DNA of 64,000 bases. Source: Yuukianura sp. NJ FZ-2021. Lineage: Eukaryota. Positions 37,433 to 50,649 of this stretch are shown piece after piece (position 1 is the stretch's first letter; every line of letters begins with the position of its first letter). Below the pieces are notes generated by a model. The model was not told the origin of the DNA. It saw only the letters and a program-made list of their open reading frames with translations, and ran no database searches. Both the position numbers and the translations under genes were made by a program. The stretch covers positions 10,354,001 to 10,418,000 of the forward strand of contig CM102290.1 of assembly GCA_046563655.1 (NCBI GenBank). The letters are read 5' to 3'.

Positions 37433-38182
37433 CTTGTCACGAGTGAGTCTGTCAGTGCTGGAGGATGGGAATGAATAATTTCCAGGAGTTGTAGTGGGTA
37501 GTAGATTTAACTAACTTTGTAATTGCAGAGTTAATTAAGACAAGGTGAGAATGTTTGGAGTGGTGGGTTGCAGTAGTTAGTGTTGAAATGAAGTTCAAGA
37601 GTAGAAAAGTGTAACGGTGAGGAAGGATGCGGACAGGGTGGCATAAAATATTGGGAGGTTGTGCCCCACCACAGCCACCATTCCGTCCCACAGAAGCCCC
37701 TTGTCTTGTGGTCCCAAGGGCTGTGGATTCCACCTTGATTCCGCTTAAGAATGGACGACAAGTCGCAGTTAAGAGGCAGTTGGAAGCTGGAAGCGGAGGA
37801 AAGCTTAGGTATTACATTGGAAATAGGAATTTGTTAACTTCAGACTAGGAGCTAAGGAACACTCTCCAGAGGGAAGTTGAGGAAATTGAATTTTGGAAGA
37901 GAGGGTTGAGTTCTATTTCTATTTCGGTGGGTCTATTTGTGGATCTCCAGACACTTTTCCCCACGACCGGAACCAGTACCACGCCAAAGGGAACTGTTCG
38001 AAGAGTACACTTCCAGAATTGTATCTACGCACAGCAGAATATAATTAGGACGGAGGCAGGGGAAAGGAGCAGTTTACACCGAGACACGCAGGAAGACGCA
38101 CGCAGGAGTTCCAGCCGAGTTGGCATTTTCAAAAAACAAAAAAAAAACTTCAAAAAAGTTGGCATTTAGACGAACGACGACA

Positions 38183-38244
38183 ATGGCGACGTATGCTGCT
38201 TACAGACACATTGAGCTGGACGGAGTGGGATGTGGCAAGAAGAG
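38183..38244 (+). CDS. Jupiter: Jupiter alternative first coding exon C (MATYAAYRHIELDGVGCGKK-R)
   Basis: Closely resembles the insect Jupiter N-terminus MATYAAFRHVELD..G.GKKRVLKPPGG. Phase-2 donor AAG AG/gtaaat. The spliced product is 208 aa. Confidence 0.88.
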
Positions 38245-41200
38245 GTAAATTCAGTTCACTCTCTTTAGATTAATGTCGGATGGCTGGAAATTTTGGAACA
38301 ACTTGTTTGAATAAGTTTGAATTTTCATAGAAATAGAATTTAGGATTTGGATTTTTAATTTTGGAGTAATTTTAGTTGGTTATGTCATGGCGGTGTTGAG
38401 GTTGGGTGGATATTGAGATGGACTGTTTGACTTTCGTTGAGGTAGTAAGGTTCCGTCATGGTTTTGATGCCTAAAGTTCACTGACCAAATCCAATACTAC
38501 TTAATGGGGGTTTTTGGCAGAGGCAGAAGACTCATTTTTTGAATTAAACTTCGCTTTTTCCGCCGAAAAAAAAACTTTGGCAAAAAGTGATTGCGATGGA
38601 GGGATAAGGACAAGATGAGAGAGTGAGCTTGCAATTACTGTAGAACCATATCCCCATGTCCTTCCTGGAAACAGTTAGGCTTCGAAGACTTTTAACTCAA
38701 AAAATGCATCCTCAGTTTGACGTTTAATGGCAAAAGTAATTATAACCCTCTTTCCATCACTCACTCTCAGCCTATCGAATACGTGCCAAGAAATTTTTCT
38801 GGTCTTAAAGATTAGTGTAACAGAGTTTTAGGTTAATTCGGTTGTTGGATTTATTTTTGAGGTAATTATCAGGGGTGCCAAACATATTTCTGAAAAACTA
38901 GAGGATTTATTTATTTAACAAAATTTTTAAAATAATTATCAGAAAAACTGCGTTTTTATGTATTAATATTAGCTATTAATATGTTAGCTTCAGGTTAAGG
39001 TAGTTAATTATAAATTCTAGGGTTTACATTCTCTAGTATCCAATGCAGTATCCAAAGTTGCGTCTAATGTCTTACATAAAGTTGCTGTATATTTATAAAA
39101 ACTCCTCATTAACTCAATATGCGTCTGCGCATTTTCAAATTGCTATCGCTTCAGCTGAGAAACCTAAGATTCCCACGGAGTGTTGAAAAAAAAACATTTT
39201 AGCATTTTTTTTAATGGAGATCCGGAACTTTTGAAAATCCCAAAAAATTGAGAACTTAAAATGTTTAAAAACTGAAAAATTTGTAATGTTGATTGAAAAC
39301 CTTTCTTTTTTTGGCATCTCTGATAAACATGTTAAACGACGTTAGTTGACGAACAGGAAGTTGGAAAGAGTTGACAGGGTTTGAGTTACGGGTGGAACTT
39401 GGATGGCTTCGTCAGTCGTCGCATTGGACAGCGGAAGCATCGTAGAGCGGGTCGTTTGGGAGATGAAGTGTTATGGCTTCTGTGCACGGTAGGAAGTGTG
39501 GAGGATTTGTCCAATGTTTGAGAAAATGACAACTGTTATGTAAACTTGAGTGGAAATTTATGCCGACATTTGTTTTGAAGTTTTGAAGGTTGCAAAACCG
39601 TGGGTTTGTTCCTTTTCAGAAGGAAAGTACTTTCTCCATTGGATTGTGAATTTAGTAGTTAGTCAGGTAGTACTGTTGGGGCATAGTAGTCGTGATTTGC
39701 ATAGGTATCATTGTGTAATTAATGACTTTTTGCACAGCTTTTGTCCGATTGTGATCTCTCTCTAGTCTCTAATGCCCAACTACCGGACGAACCAACGGGG
39801 CACTTGATGTGGGAGAGGTTAATTAAGTATGCAGAAATCTTGATTTCTCGTATTTTGTTTTATGCCACAAAATCTTCTGCTTTAAACCGCTTCAAATTTA
39901 TGCAGTTTTGTCTGACTTGAAGATTAACGGAGTTTGTACAAGTCTTAACTTACTTGGAAAAATGCTCAACCTCAGGAAATGACTTTTGGGGAGTAGCCAG
40001 ATTCCCCATTTTTCAAATTTCAAACTCTGGCAGCTCTTTCCTTGGTCAAAAACTAAAAAGCCTAAATTGATGAAAAGTTGAACTTTTTTTTAGAGAAAAC
40101 TTTGAGATTTTTAAAAATGTGACTAGAAATTTTGAAAATTTTGGTAGAAATTTTGAAAACTCGGCGTGCATAGGATGTAAGTGAGGTTATGGGTTTAGTA
40201 AGGTTAGGTTTTTAGCAAAAGATAAAAGATTTTGTTTGGAAGATGATTTGGAAGAGGGGAGCGAAGAGGGCACTTGGAATCTGGAATGGAGATTGGGAAT
40301 CTGGAGGTTCTCAACGCCATTCAGAAAGTTGGAAATGTCCATTAACTTATGTTTTTTTTTCTGGGAAAGTTTATAGTAACGTATGGTAGCAAACTGGAAC
40401 TTCTTTGTTTTGTTCCGTTAAAATAAATCAATTACGAACTGTTTGGAAAAAAATTTTTTGGAAGAGTCGTTGGAAGATTTAAGAGCGTAAGAGATCCAAG
40501 TTAAAACTTTGATGTTGAGAAATTGTGTTTACAAGGAAGGGAACTGCCCTTCGTTGTTCTTTGTTTTTTAAACACGCGGATGATTTAAAACGTGGTTGTG
40601 GTGGTCTAAAAACTTCTTTGTACTCGGAAACAGATTGAGCTTTCTGTGTGCGGTCTCTTATGAAAAGAGAATTTGAGTGCTTGTAATGGATGTTGAAAGG
40701 GGAAAGTTCAATTCTTTCACATTTTTTCACAATCTTGCTCGGTTTCTTCTGAAGAAACTAATCAATCTTTTGAACATTTTTTAAGCTGTTGACAAAATGA
40801 TTGAAATTGAATTCCACTCAATTGGACTAATTTCGAAGAGAGAGTTACTCTACTTTTTCCCTAATTTTTAGTTAGCTTGAAAAAAGTGAAATTTTGAAAT
40901 TTAGATTACGGTCCCCAGGGATGAATCCCCTGGGCAAATGACCAGGGATTCCTTTGGATTTTGAATGGATTTTTCACAGTTGGCTTAAGAGTATTCTGCG
41001 ACTGTTAAAGTTTTCCAAAAAGTTTCTCTTTGGCTTCGTGCTCTCAATTCATAATGCCAAATGACAAATTACAAGAGTTTATTAGTCTCATGCTCCTCAA
41101 TTATAGTGGAAAATGTCGCAAATTTTGTTATTGTTGGCGGCCTTCTTTTTGTTTCTGGCGGCTGTTCTGTTTCTTTTGAAGATATCTTTTTTAAAAGGCG

Positions 41201-42186
41201 TGTTTCGTGCGAGTAACGGTTTAAGTTTTGTTTTGTTTGAACATGGTGTTTGTTGGGTTGTTGAACATAGGAATGCATGATTGCATGTAACTGCTCAAGT
41301 GGATCTGAGGGAATTGATTTTGATGTTGGACATGCACATTCCTTTGTAGTGGGAATTAGAATCAAGTTTTTTGTTTTAAAGTCGACATGTCCAAAGGGAA
41401 ATGCTTGGAGGGATGAAAAGTGATTGTCACACCTTTCGACAGCACACTGCACGTAGACACAACAGGAACTTAAAAGAATGCTGTTCAGCCTATACAATTG
41501 CCGCCTTTTTTTTCCTAAGCACAGCACCAATTCAATCAAAAACTAATTTGGTCAACTATAACTGCAAACTTGTTTAGGATTCGACTTTTTATTCCATGTT
41601 AGAATATGTTTCATGGGAAGCAGGATCTCTGCAAAGATGTTTCCAGTCAGCATATCTCACAAAAACATGTTAGACCTAACCTAACTGAGATATTTTGGAT
41701 ATGTTTTGGAGATATTTTAACAATTTTTGCGAGATATTTTGACAGAAGATATTATTGGAACGAAATATTAAGTTGCGTTCTTGAGGTTGTAGGAGTTGAA
41801 TTATTAGGGACAATGAAGTGCATTGCGCAGTGGAACCGCATAAACTCGGAAGTGGGTTGTTTTGGTCAAGCAATTAGCATGGGATTTCAGCAGTACCGGG
41901 CAGTTGGGTTAGAATTGAAGAACTTCGCAAGGGAAATGGAATAGAGTAGAGCAATTCCCATTAAATTAAAATTAAATTGCAACAATTAAAAGAGATTTTA
42001 ATTTTTTTTTGTGCACTCCGCAAATTAACGCCACGAGACGACCCGAATTAAAACTAATTGAGGTCAAGTGCTAATTAGTGCCTACGTATAAAGACTTTGT
42101 GTTAATTGTCTTGGCTAATCATATCCAATAACTGGATTTTCTGGTTTCGATTTCTAAAACGTTTTGTGTTCAAACGAAGTTGAAAC

Positions 42187-42486
42187 ATGGTTAGGAGTGT
42201 GTCTTGGGCCGTGGTACTTGTCGCAGTGGTGGCAGTGACAGGGGTCATGGGCAGGTTAAAGAAAAGAGCAGCCTCTGACGACTCGAGTGAGGAGTTTGAT
42301 CGACTGAGCTTCAGTGGATACGACGAGAACAACGATGGACTCGTGACAGACGACGAATTTCGTGATCTTCTGTCAACTCACAAGGAGTTCACTTCGGCAG
42401 AAATCACCAAGGCCTTCCGGAAGGCTGACGGAGATGGAAATGGTGGCATTACGTTTGACGAATGGAAAGCTTGGGACGACGAATAG
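42187..42486 (+). CDS. Small secreted two-EF-hand calcium-binding protein, 99 aa, intronless, nested in a Jupiter intron
   Basis: Signal peptide MVRSVSWAVVLVAVVAVTGVMG, basic site RLKKR and two canonical 12-residue EF loops (DENNDGLVTDDE, DGDGNGGITFDE). TATAAAG ~100 bp upstream and ATTAAA ~80 bp downstream. GC-richer than its flanks. Confidence 0.85.
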   Translation: MVRSVSWAVVLVAVVAVTGVMGRLKKRAASDDSSEEFDRLSFSGYDENNDGLVTDDEFRDLLSTHKEFTSAEITKAFRKADGDGNGGITFDEWKAWDDE

Positions 42487-45400
42487 ATTTCCGCCACCTC
42501 TAACTTTATATTTGACGCTTAGATTAAGGTTATGGTATGGTCGTGTACAGCTTAAATTGATACGATTAAACTTTATTCCACTTGGTCAAGTCGGTGGTTG
42601 ACGCATGCGCACTGGGAGCTCGCCGATTGGTCAAGGAGAGTTGATTCTAAAGACAAAAGCTTCTACTGAAATTGTTCTAAAAAAAATGAGTCGAAAATAA
42701 TTTGAAAATGTTAAGAAACAAACATTTTATGTACGCAGGGTTTACTTGAATCTACTTTTTCTCCTTATATGAATTTTGAATCAATTTCGCAAAAATATTT
42801 TTCATGGAAGGATTTTATTAGTTGTAATACCTTCAGATTTTACAGCGAATTCATTTAGATTTTTTTTAACCAATTTGTTTAAAATGTTGGAATTCAGAAA
42901 TTAGTCTTTTGCACTAATTCTTTTGTATATTTTTTTTTGGACGAATGACATGAATCCTGCGTAAGGCGGATTTGATTGGGACACTTGATTTGCTCGTTTG
43001 AAATGTGATTTGATTACTGAGTAGTATCAGAGTTTGAGGTTTGTAGGATTTGTGCTGGATTTGACATTGGAATGTCTTTGTTTTTGACGATTAGTCGGTC
43101 GTTGGAGTTGTTTTGTTAGTAAGAATGAATAGAGATTGTTCGTTTTGTTGTGTGCCGAGGGCGGAGATGGACTTGGGGCATTGATCTCATTACGAATCCC
43201 TTTGTCTCTGTCAACTCTCTAATTAAACTTCCACTTTTTCCAACTCAATTTTCCTCATCTTCCGTGCAACTGATGAATAGTGTATGGAGATGAGCATGAG
43301 ATCACTTGAGCATTCCACTCTGGATGAGTACAATTTCCATTTCAAAGAAGAGAGTACTGGATGTCATTGTTATAGCTCGGATGACTGACGCTCTCTCCTG
43401 GCACTTGGCCAGAGGTCAGCCCAACTCATTGATTGTGGAAATTGATGACACTCTGACTTGGACAGTGCAATTAATCAATCCAAAAGTTTTGACATCCAAT
43501 CCCACCGCTTTGTTGGGCTAATTGGTTTCTGCATCTTCTGCACCACCACACCTTGCCAAGAGAGAACAAAAGCGGAAAGTGTAGCCTATTCTTTTCCGGC
43601 AACATTAGGCTAAAGCAGAAAGTAGTTATGTTTCTTTTTTGTGTGTCCTATTTGTGCAAAAGACTTTGTTTAGACGAGGGCAGAGTGTGATTGTGCGGAT
43701 GTTGACTGCGTTGGGTGTGTCTGTGCATCCGTTTGAATGGGGTGTTGAAATTGTGCGAAGGGAGATTCCAGTGTGTACTGTGTGTGTGCGTGGTTGAGGG
43801 TGAACTCCATTTATTTTTAGATCCTGCATCTCATCTCTCTGGAACTTCCCTGTGGATCTGCTTGCTCTTGAGACGCTGTTAAGCGTCGTCGTCGTCTGCC
43901 GCTGCGTCTTCTTTGTGTTTCAGTTCCCGGGCAAAGGAGAAGTGGAGAAGCCAAATCGGCTACATCCAAGAGATGCGGTTGAGGGGAATTTGGACACAGT
44001 GCCAAAAGATCCAAATCCTTCTAGTTCCCCTCTTCTCTCATGTCTTCTGATGTCATGTCTCGTGTCTTTGGAAGTTTTAAGCAGAAGAGTGCCATGGCGC
44101 CTGGACGCAAATCTTGTTGAGAAGCTCGAAAAATGTCTAGGAGCTCAAATCTGGAGATGGGGAGTAATGACCCGTGGGAGGGAAATGGGAGATGAGACTT
44201 TCTTTCTGCTCTCTGGAGCTTTGTGAGGGGTGCTGGAGACATTAGACAATTAATTCGGCCTAACAGGATTAATTCTTGTAGATTCTGGATCCTAGTATCC
44301 ACTATCCACTTCCTCTGCGTCTCTGTTAGTTTCTAGTGACATAACAATTGAAGTGGAGACAGGAAGTTGGATGTTTGAATTCCACGTGGCTCTGCGCCTA
44401 GAACTACGAAAACGTCTTTAGACGTTAGCTCCTTTCAATTAATTTCTTGGCAACTTACTTCTTCCCCCGAGTAACTATTCGGACTCCAAATTTTGGAGGA
44501 GGATGGAAATAGTTAATGCAGCGGAGGGCAAATGAAGCTCAGAAAGAAAAAGCGGGTTTTTTGATGGAAGTCATTTAAAGACTTTCCCGCTTTTTCCGTT
44601 CTTCCAAATCTCTGGAATTTTTTCATTCCGATGGACTTGGAGAAAAATGAAGGGGGTCATAGAGAGTCTTTCTCTTGGCAGATTTATGGTTGTGCAGACA
44701 GAGAAACTGTGGGTCACAATTTCGGTTTATGGGAAGTTTTCTATGAAATATTCAATGAAAAAGTTGGCAAAAGACTCCTCCTCGTTCAAAATGTACGGAG
44801 CAAAAAGAGTTTTTGAAAGTTTGGGAAATCGCATTTTTTTTCTGTTCATGCTCGCAGAAATGGGTTTGTGAAAAATTGGACTTATTTTAGGGGGTTTGTA
44901 AAAAAAATTGAAGGAGTTGAGAGGGGTGATTTATGTTTGAAGAGTAATAAGTTTTCATTGGAAACTGATTTTGGGATTGTGGGCAATAAGTTGGTTGAAA
45001 TTGCAGATGACAAGGAAAACGGGATTCGTGATGGAATGTGGATAGTTTAAGAAATGATGACAGGAGGGAGTTGGTGCGTCCCTGGTGGCTGCAACGTTAT
45101 TGTCAAATATTGCTTATTTCAGTTTTCTTTGCATCGTGGCACAACTTATGATTATTTCCCGTTTTTTAATGACGCCGCAACGCTCCACCGCCAGATTTAA
45201 AGACCAATTTGAGAAGTGCACAATTGAGTATCAAAAGTGAAGCATGTCAATTGGAAATTGGTAGGCAGGGAGTGTTGTACCGGTTGAATTGAGGCACACA
45301 CTCATCTTGTGTATAGCGACAGATTGAGATTGTGAATGTTTTGTCAATAGGGTGATTGACAGTAGTATTTTGTGGAGTAGTTCGCAGTGTACTTAAAAGG

Positions 45401-47486
45401 GTTTTTGGGTCAAAAGTAGGGGGCTATGGAGGGGTATCAGTTGCAGAATTATTTTAAGTTTCGCGTTTAAAAAAGTTTTTTTTTCATTAAAACATTATTT
45501 TGTTTCTCCATTTACAGTGTGCTGCGAAAACTTTGTTTTACTGAAGCAATTTCTATTGCAGAAAAAACCGACTGCTGTAATAAAAAATTTCGATAACATC
45601 TATTACAGTAAAAATCAATTGCAATATAAATCAGTTCCAAAAGCTGCTAGTTCTGCGACATTAGAGCTCAGTTGTGGTAACTTATTTTCCAGTAAAAGCC
45701 AATTTCAGTATAAATCAGTCCTTATAACTACGTAGTGATTTTACAGCAAAAACCAATTATGGCAATTTTTGCCAGAAATGTTGGCTATGGTTTTTTGTGA
45801 CTTTTGAGTTCATTCATTTTTGAGATCCTGAGTTGATTTTTTCCGTAATAGATTTTGTTACAGTTAAACCACGTTGTTGAGTTGTCGCGGCATAATTTAA
45901 TTATAGCTTCATTCACGAAACTTTTTTGAGAAGCAAAAAATGTAAAACAATTTGGTCCGGATATTCCTCCATAATTTCAAGCCTCAGGATTTGTTGCGAA
46001 CTGGGATGGTCAATGAACCAAGTGCGTGTGCGTGTGTGGCTTTGCGTTCTTATTAGAAATTGAGGAATTGGCTACAGTTTGAGTTAAGCTTTGTTTTGGG
46101 TTTTTAGGAGGCTAGTGGCAAATTGCCAGGGGTTAAAAGTAGAGATGACTTTGTGCACAAACTGAACCTTGACTTTGGTTGTTTTCCTGTTGGAAAAAAG
46201 GGGGCGTTAGCCATTTTTTTTAGCAAGTTGTCTACGCCAACTTTTGAATTAAGTGTTGATGAAATTACTGTTTCGTGTCTCTCGGGTTGAGGGACGGACA
46301 TGAGTTGGTTCTTAAATTGAGTACGTTGTTAGGCCTAACTTGATTAAAAGGTCAGGCGCATGCTCTCTCATGCTTCAGGTTAAACTCTCCCTGCGCCTGA
46401 GGAATGTTGATGGGCATGACCGCACAAGGGGCATTCAGCGGCAAGTTTCAAAATCCATAAGCTGGAACGCACCAACTTTTTGACAACAAAGATGAACTTG
46501 GAACGGATACGGAAGTTGATGTAGACATTTGTATGAATTGTGACATTGTTTGTGTGTATATTTGTTTGTTTTGTAGTGTAAAACAAAAGTAGCTTTTAGT
46601 ACATGCAGATAACGTTACCATCACCTTGCTAATTACCGTATGTCTTGTCGCTGTCTTTTGAGCTAATGAGTTACCTAAGCGGAATTTGTACTTGCAAATA
46701 CTTGAGTATTGTAGTACGTCTTGTCAATACTCTGCGTTTTTGAAATGAAAATTCACTTGGATTTGAAGTTGTTGTGGGATGTTGTTTTAATTTGGACTTT
46801 AGTTAATTGGAAAAGGGCATGGACTTGTAGTTGCATTGAAAGCAATGGAAGAGAACAATGGGATTGAGTCAGAACAAGTGGAAGTTGGACAGATCTTGTG
46901 AGTCAAGTGGTGGCTGTGGGGCCAGTCACCGCTTGGAGTCCAAGGAGCAAAGAAGCATCAGCAGTGCTCAAAAGTAACTTCTCGGAGTAGCTGTTTCATT
47001 CACTGCCAAAGTGGAGTGTCAGGCACGCAGTGATCAATTCATAAAATTCTAGTTGACACAAACAGAAGCAGAACGAGATTCGTAACGGAGTTTTCCCAAG
47101 AAATTGGATGAGGGCTGACTAATTTCTAGTGCAAAATTATTAGTTTTTTCTGGGAAGTTGCTGCACTTCGCACTATTGTTATTGCATTCCGCAAGCCGGT
47201 GAAGCACGAATCTCAACTCGCCCCGCGCTGCAGTTTTTGTTTTCCGGTAGATCCGCACTCTTGCTAAAAAGGTCGATTCGAAGCAAAACTCCTGCACTCT
47301 TCATTTTGAAGTTCAACTGAACGGACGTCGTTCCTCTTCTCTCCTTTTTTTCATTTCCGACTTCAAAATCAATCGTTTCCGTTGGACAAATTCTTAGTTT
47401 TTCGACTCAAATTCTTCAGTTCAACGAAATTATTTGTGTTTCAATCGTCGTTCGACCAGCAACAAAACTCTTGACAATCCAAGAAC

Positions 47487-47536
47487 ATGGCTTCACTCGG
47501 TAAAACGGAAAGTCGACCATACCTCCTCGTCAAACG
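47487..47536 (+). CDS. Jupiter: Jupiter alternative first coding exon D (MASLGKTESRPYLLVK-R)
   Basis: Good ATG context (aacATGG), 50 nt, phase-2 donor AAA CG/gtaatt compatible with acceptor 48904; preceded by a promoter/5'UTR-like stretch at ~47200-47480. Confidence 0.62.
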
Positions 47537-48903
47537 GTAATTTCTGTCCAGTTTCCTTTGCTCTCTTAAGTTAAGTTACTGTCATTGTTAGTATGTCAAC
47601 TGCTCAAGCATCCAGTATCTCTTCTGTCAGTCACCATGAACGCAGTTCTTTAGTCATAACGTCAAGGGTCATCCCCTCATTGATATGGCTGGACACAACT
47701 TTCAAGATGGCGACGTAGACGTAGTTGATAGGATCGAAATTGGTACAATGTATAGCCATGTTTTGAGTATGGAGTTAACAAAAGCGAGTCCCTTCCTAAA
47801 TAGGCATGTCGTGCATCCCTATAATCGTTGCGTAATTTAGACTGTCCTGAATAGGGCATCTTCCAAGAAAGTCTTCATCATCAACTGCTGATTTTGGTTT
47901 TATGAGCGATGTCAGGCATTTACAGTGCTTCCTGCTACCTTTTAGCTTGGTTCCCTATTTCACTTTCACTTTTGCGCGAAAAATGGTTGTTGTAGAATTA
48001 AAACTAATTTGGTATAATTATGAACTGGCTGTTGTGGTCAATTATTACTCAGCCGTATTTGCGTCAAATTAGAATTAAGCGAATAACTTTCATTTTCAAT
48101 TATACCAATTTAGGTTGCTCGTTTTCAATTTTTATTCAAACTAAAACTTTTAAGTCTAAAAGTAGAAACTATAGTCGTTATTACCATAAGCCATAAATGG
48201 CTGATAGGCCATAGGCCATAGGACTCTTTTAACAGACGTAGGTCTGTTGGGATCTCGGTTTTAACGTTGTTTTTGTTTTCAATTTCAAGGGAGCAAGTGG
48301 TTTTTAGAATGCAATGTGCTAGGGACGGATACAAAGGGCTACTTGGGCCTTCCTAAATATGATATGAGCCAAGGTTTCGTAACACGGATGACTTGTCTTT
48401 GTTTTGTCTAATCTGAGTGACACTGGAAGGCCTTTTATGGGCTTTTAAACGTTGGAGCCAGAAGGGAGTTACAAGGTGGTAGTAGGCAGGACCGTTTCAG
48501 AGACACTTCATTTATCTTCCCTTTTATGTCGTCGAGATACGGTCAGAGGTCATGCATACTTACGGAGGCGAGAAAGAAGTGCAACGAACAAGTCCTTGTT
48601 TTATTGGACATTGTTTGTAAACAACTTCTATGCAGTGAGGTGAGGTCATGTATCCCGCAGGAACGGAATTACACTTTGGCTTGAGCTGTTTGTGTCATCA
48701 GCAGAGTGATGGGAAATACAAATGGTAGCGTAAAATTCTAAAAATTAAAACCAAAATATGCTGGAAAAAAATTCTCCTTTTTTAGTAAGATTAAAAATAT
48801 ATTGACTTTGGGTAAATAACTGTGACTATAAGCTTGTTTCGAACAGTTGAAAAGTGATTAATCGTAGCAAGGTTGTAACTTTGTGTTTTTGTATATTTTT
48901 CAG

Positions 48904-49562
48904 AGTGACAAAACCACCGGGAGGAGATTGCTCCGACATTTTCAACACGGGACCGGCCCCTACGCCACCATCAACTCCACGCAAGAACCACATGTCCAGC
49001 AACATTTTTGCTCCTGCTGATACTGCTCCAAAGACTCCGCGCAAGGGAGCTACTGATTCGACAAGTTTCTCGAAGCTCTTCGGAGAGATGGCCGTTAGCA
49101 ACGGCACAGAGACGAAGACGGTTTCTACTCCAGCTGCTCAGCGGGTTCCGAAGGATCATCAAAAGTCGAACGTCTTGTTCCAGACCGAGAAGAATGGAAC
49201 CAACGGAACCACCAGCCCGGACATGAACGGACATGCTGGACCAAAGACGATTGCTGGAGATGTGCATGACTCGGCTTCGAGCAGCGGAAACAGCTCAGGA
49301 TGTGTCACACCCAATGGATCGGCTACTCCGCCAAATGGATCTGTCAATGGGGATGCTGAGCCACGCACGAGTAAGTTGAACAACTTTGATTTCAATGTCC
49401 AACTTCGGCTTCACTTGCTCAACTTCCATTTCACGATTCACATTGACTTTTAATTTGTTTCTAGATGGGCACAATGGAACTACGAATGGAAACGGAGCAG
49501 AAGTTACCGGAACTCCGAAGAAGCGGATTCCTCCGGGAGGACATTCTACCAAATTGTGGTAA
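48904..49562 (+). CDS. Jupiter: Microtubule-associated protein Jupiter (HN1/JPT family), shared exons
   Basis: Exons 48904-49370 and 49465-49562. VTKPPGGDCSDIF, KNHMSSNIF, SFSKLFG, KDHQKSNV and C-terminal RIPPGGHSTKLW* are Jupiter hallmarks. Confidence 0.9.
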
Positions 49563-50649
49563 ACAATCTCAAAATCCAAGAAGTCAAAACTCAACAACAA
49601 CAGCAACTCCCTCACTCTGAAATTGGATCAAGAATCTCTCAAAACTCTAAATTCCTTACTAATAATTCGTCTACTTTCCAAGATTCTTTATAGTCCAAAT
49701 TTTTGAAAAGCAGCAGAGTGTCTAGAACTAAATGTATAAAAAGAAAAAGCTTATTTCATACAATCCTGTTCTTGGGCCTTTTTAGAATTTCATTTACGCT
49801 AAAATTATTTAGTATTACTGCTATGAACTCTGAGTAAGTGCTAAACAATGTACAGTGTCCAGGGTGCACTAACTCTTGGCCACTACTAGTACTCTTATGT
49901 GTATATTTTTACTACTTACTATTTAGGATAACGCTGTGCCTCTTGTAAGCTCGTATTTGTACACTCTTACTGCAATTAACGTTAAGTTCCATTACACTTT
50001 CATTGCCTAACGAAACTGGAGAAACTTTGTGAATTACTAGAATTGGACTGAGGAAAACTTGTGGCTTGCATGTACATCGTAAAATGGCCTTCCGCAATTT
50101 GAACGAGCCAACTTGAAGTAATTAGTTTAAAAAACGCGTTTCCAGCCAACCTAAAATGCAAGTCTGAGAGTAGTAGATTCTAGGCGTCAATAATTTTTCT
50201 CTTGATGTAAAATTTTTGATAAACTTTAGGTTGGTGTCGAAAAACCCGAAAAAAAAACAAAAAAAAATCGAGTAAGTAGTGTAAGACGGGGTTAACAAGG
50301 TTTTACTCGTTAATTCAACTAATTATAATTACTACCTAAGAATCACCAATCCCGTGCGAGTGTCTAATCATGTAAGTTTCACGATCCAATTCACTATAAG
50401 CTACTACGCTAACAATAAATACTGATTATGCCAACAGGACCTAACGTCATGTGGAGTCGAATGTTATTCGTTTTCATACTCATCAACTTAATTAGAGAAG
50501 AACGTAAATAACACAAGGAGAAAGTGCAACTTCAAAACTTCATCAGAAACTCTTCATCCACAAAAAAAAAAAATTCAAACATGACAAGTTTTAACAAATA
50601 TTGAAAAGTCCAAAATCCAACTTCAAGTTTTTCGTCTGAAAAAATTCAT

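Noticed and set aside
43817..44302. Overlapping ORFs with a hydrophobic stretch (+) and an Arg-rich stretch (-)
   Set aside because: Driven by a (GTC)n low-complexity run; no ATG plus phase-2 donor to make a Jupiter exon; no homology recognised.
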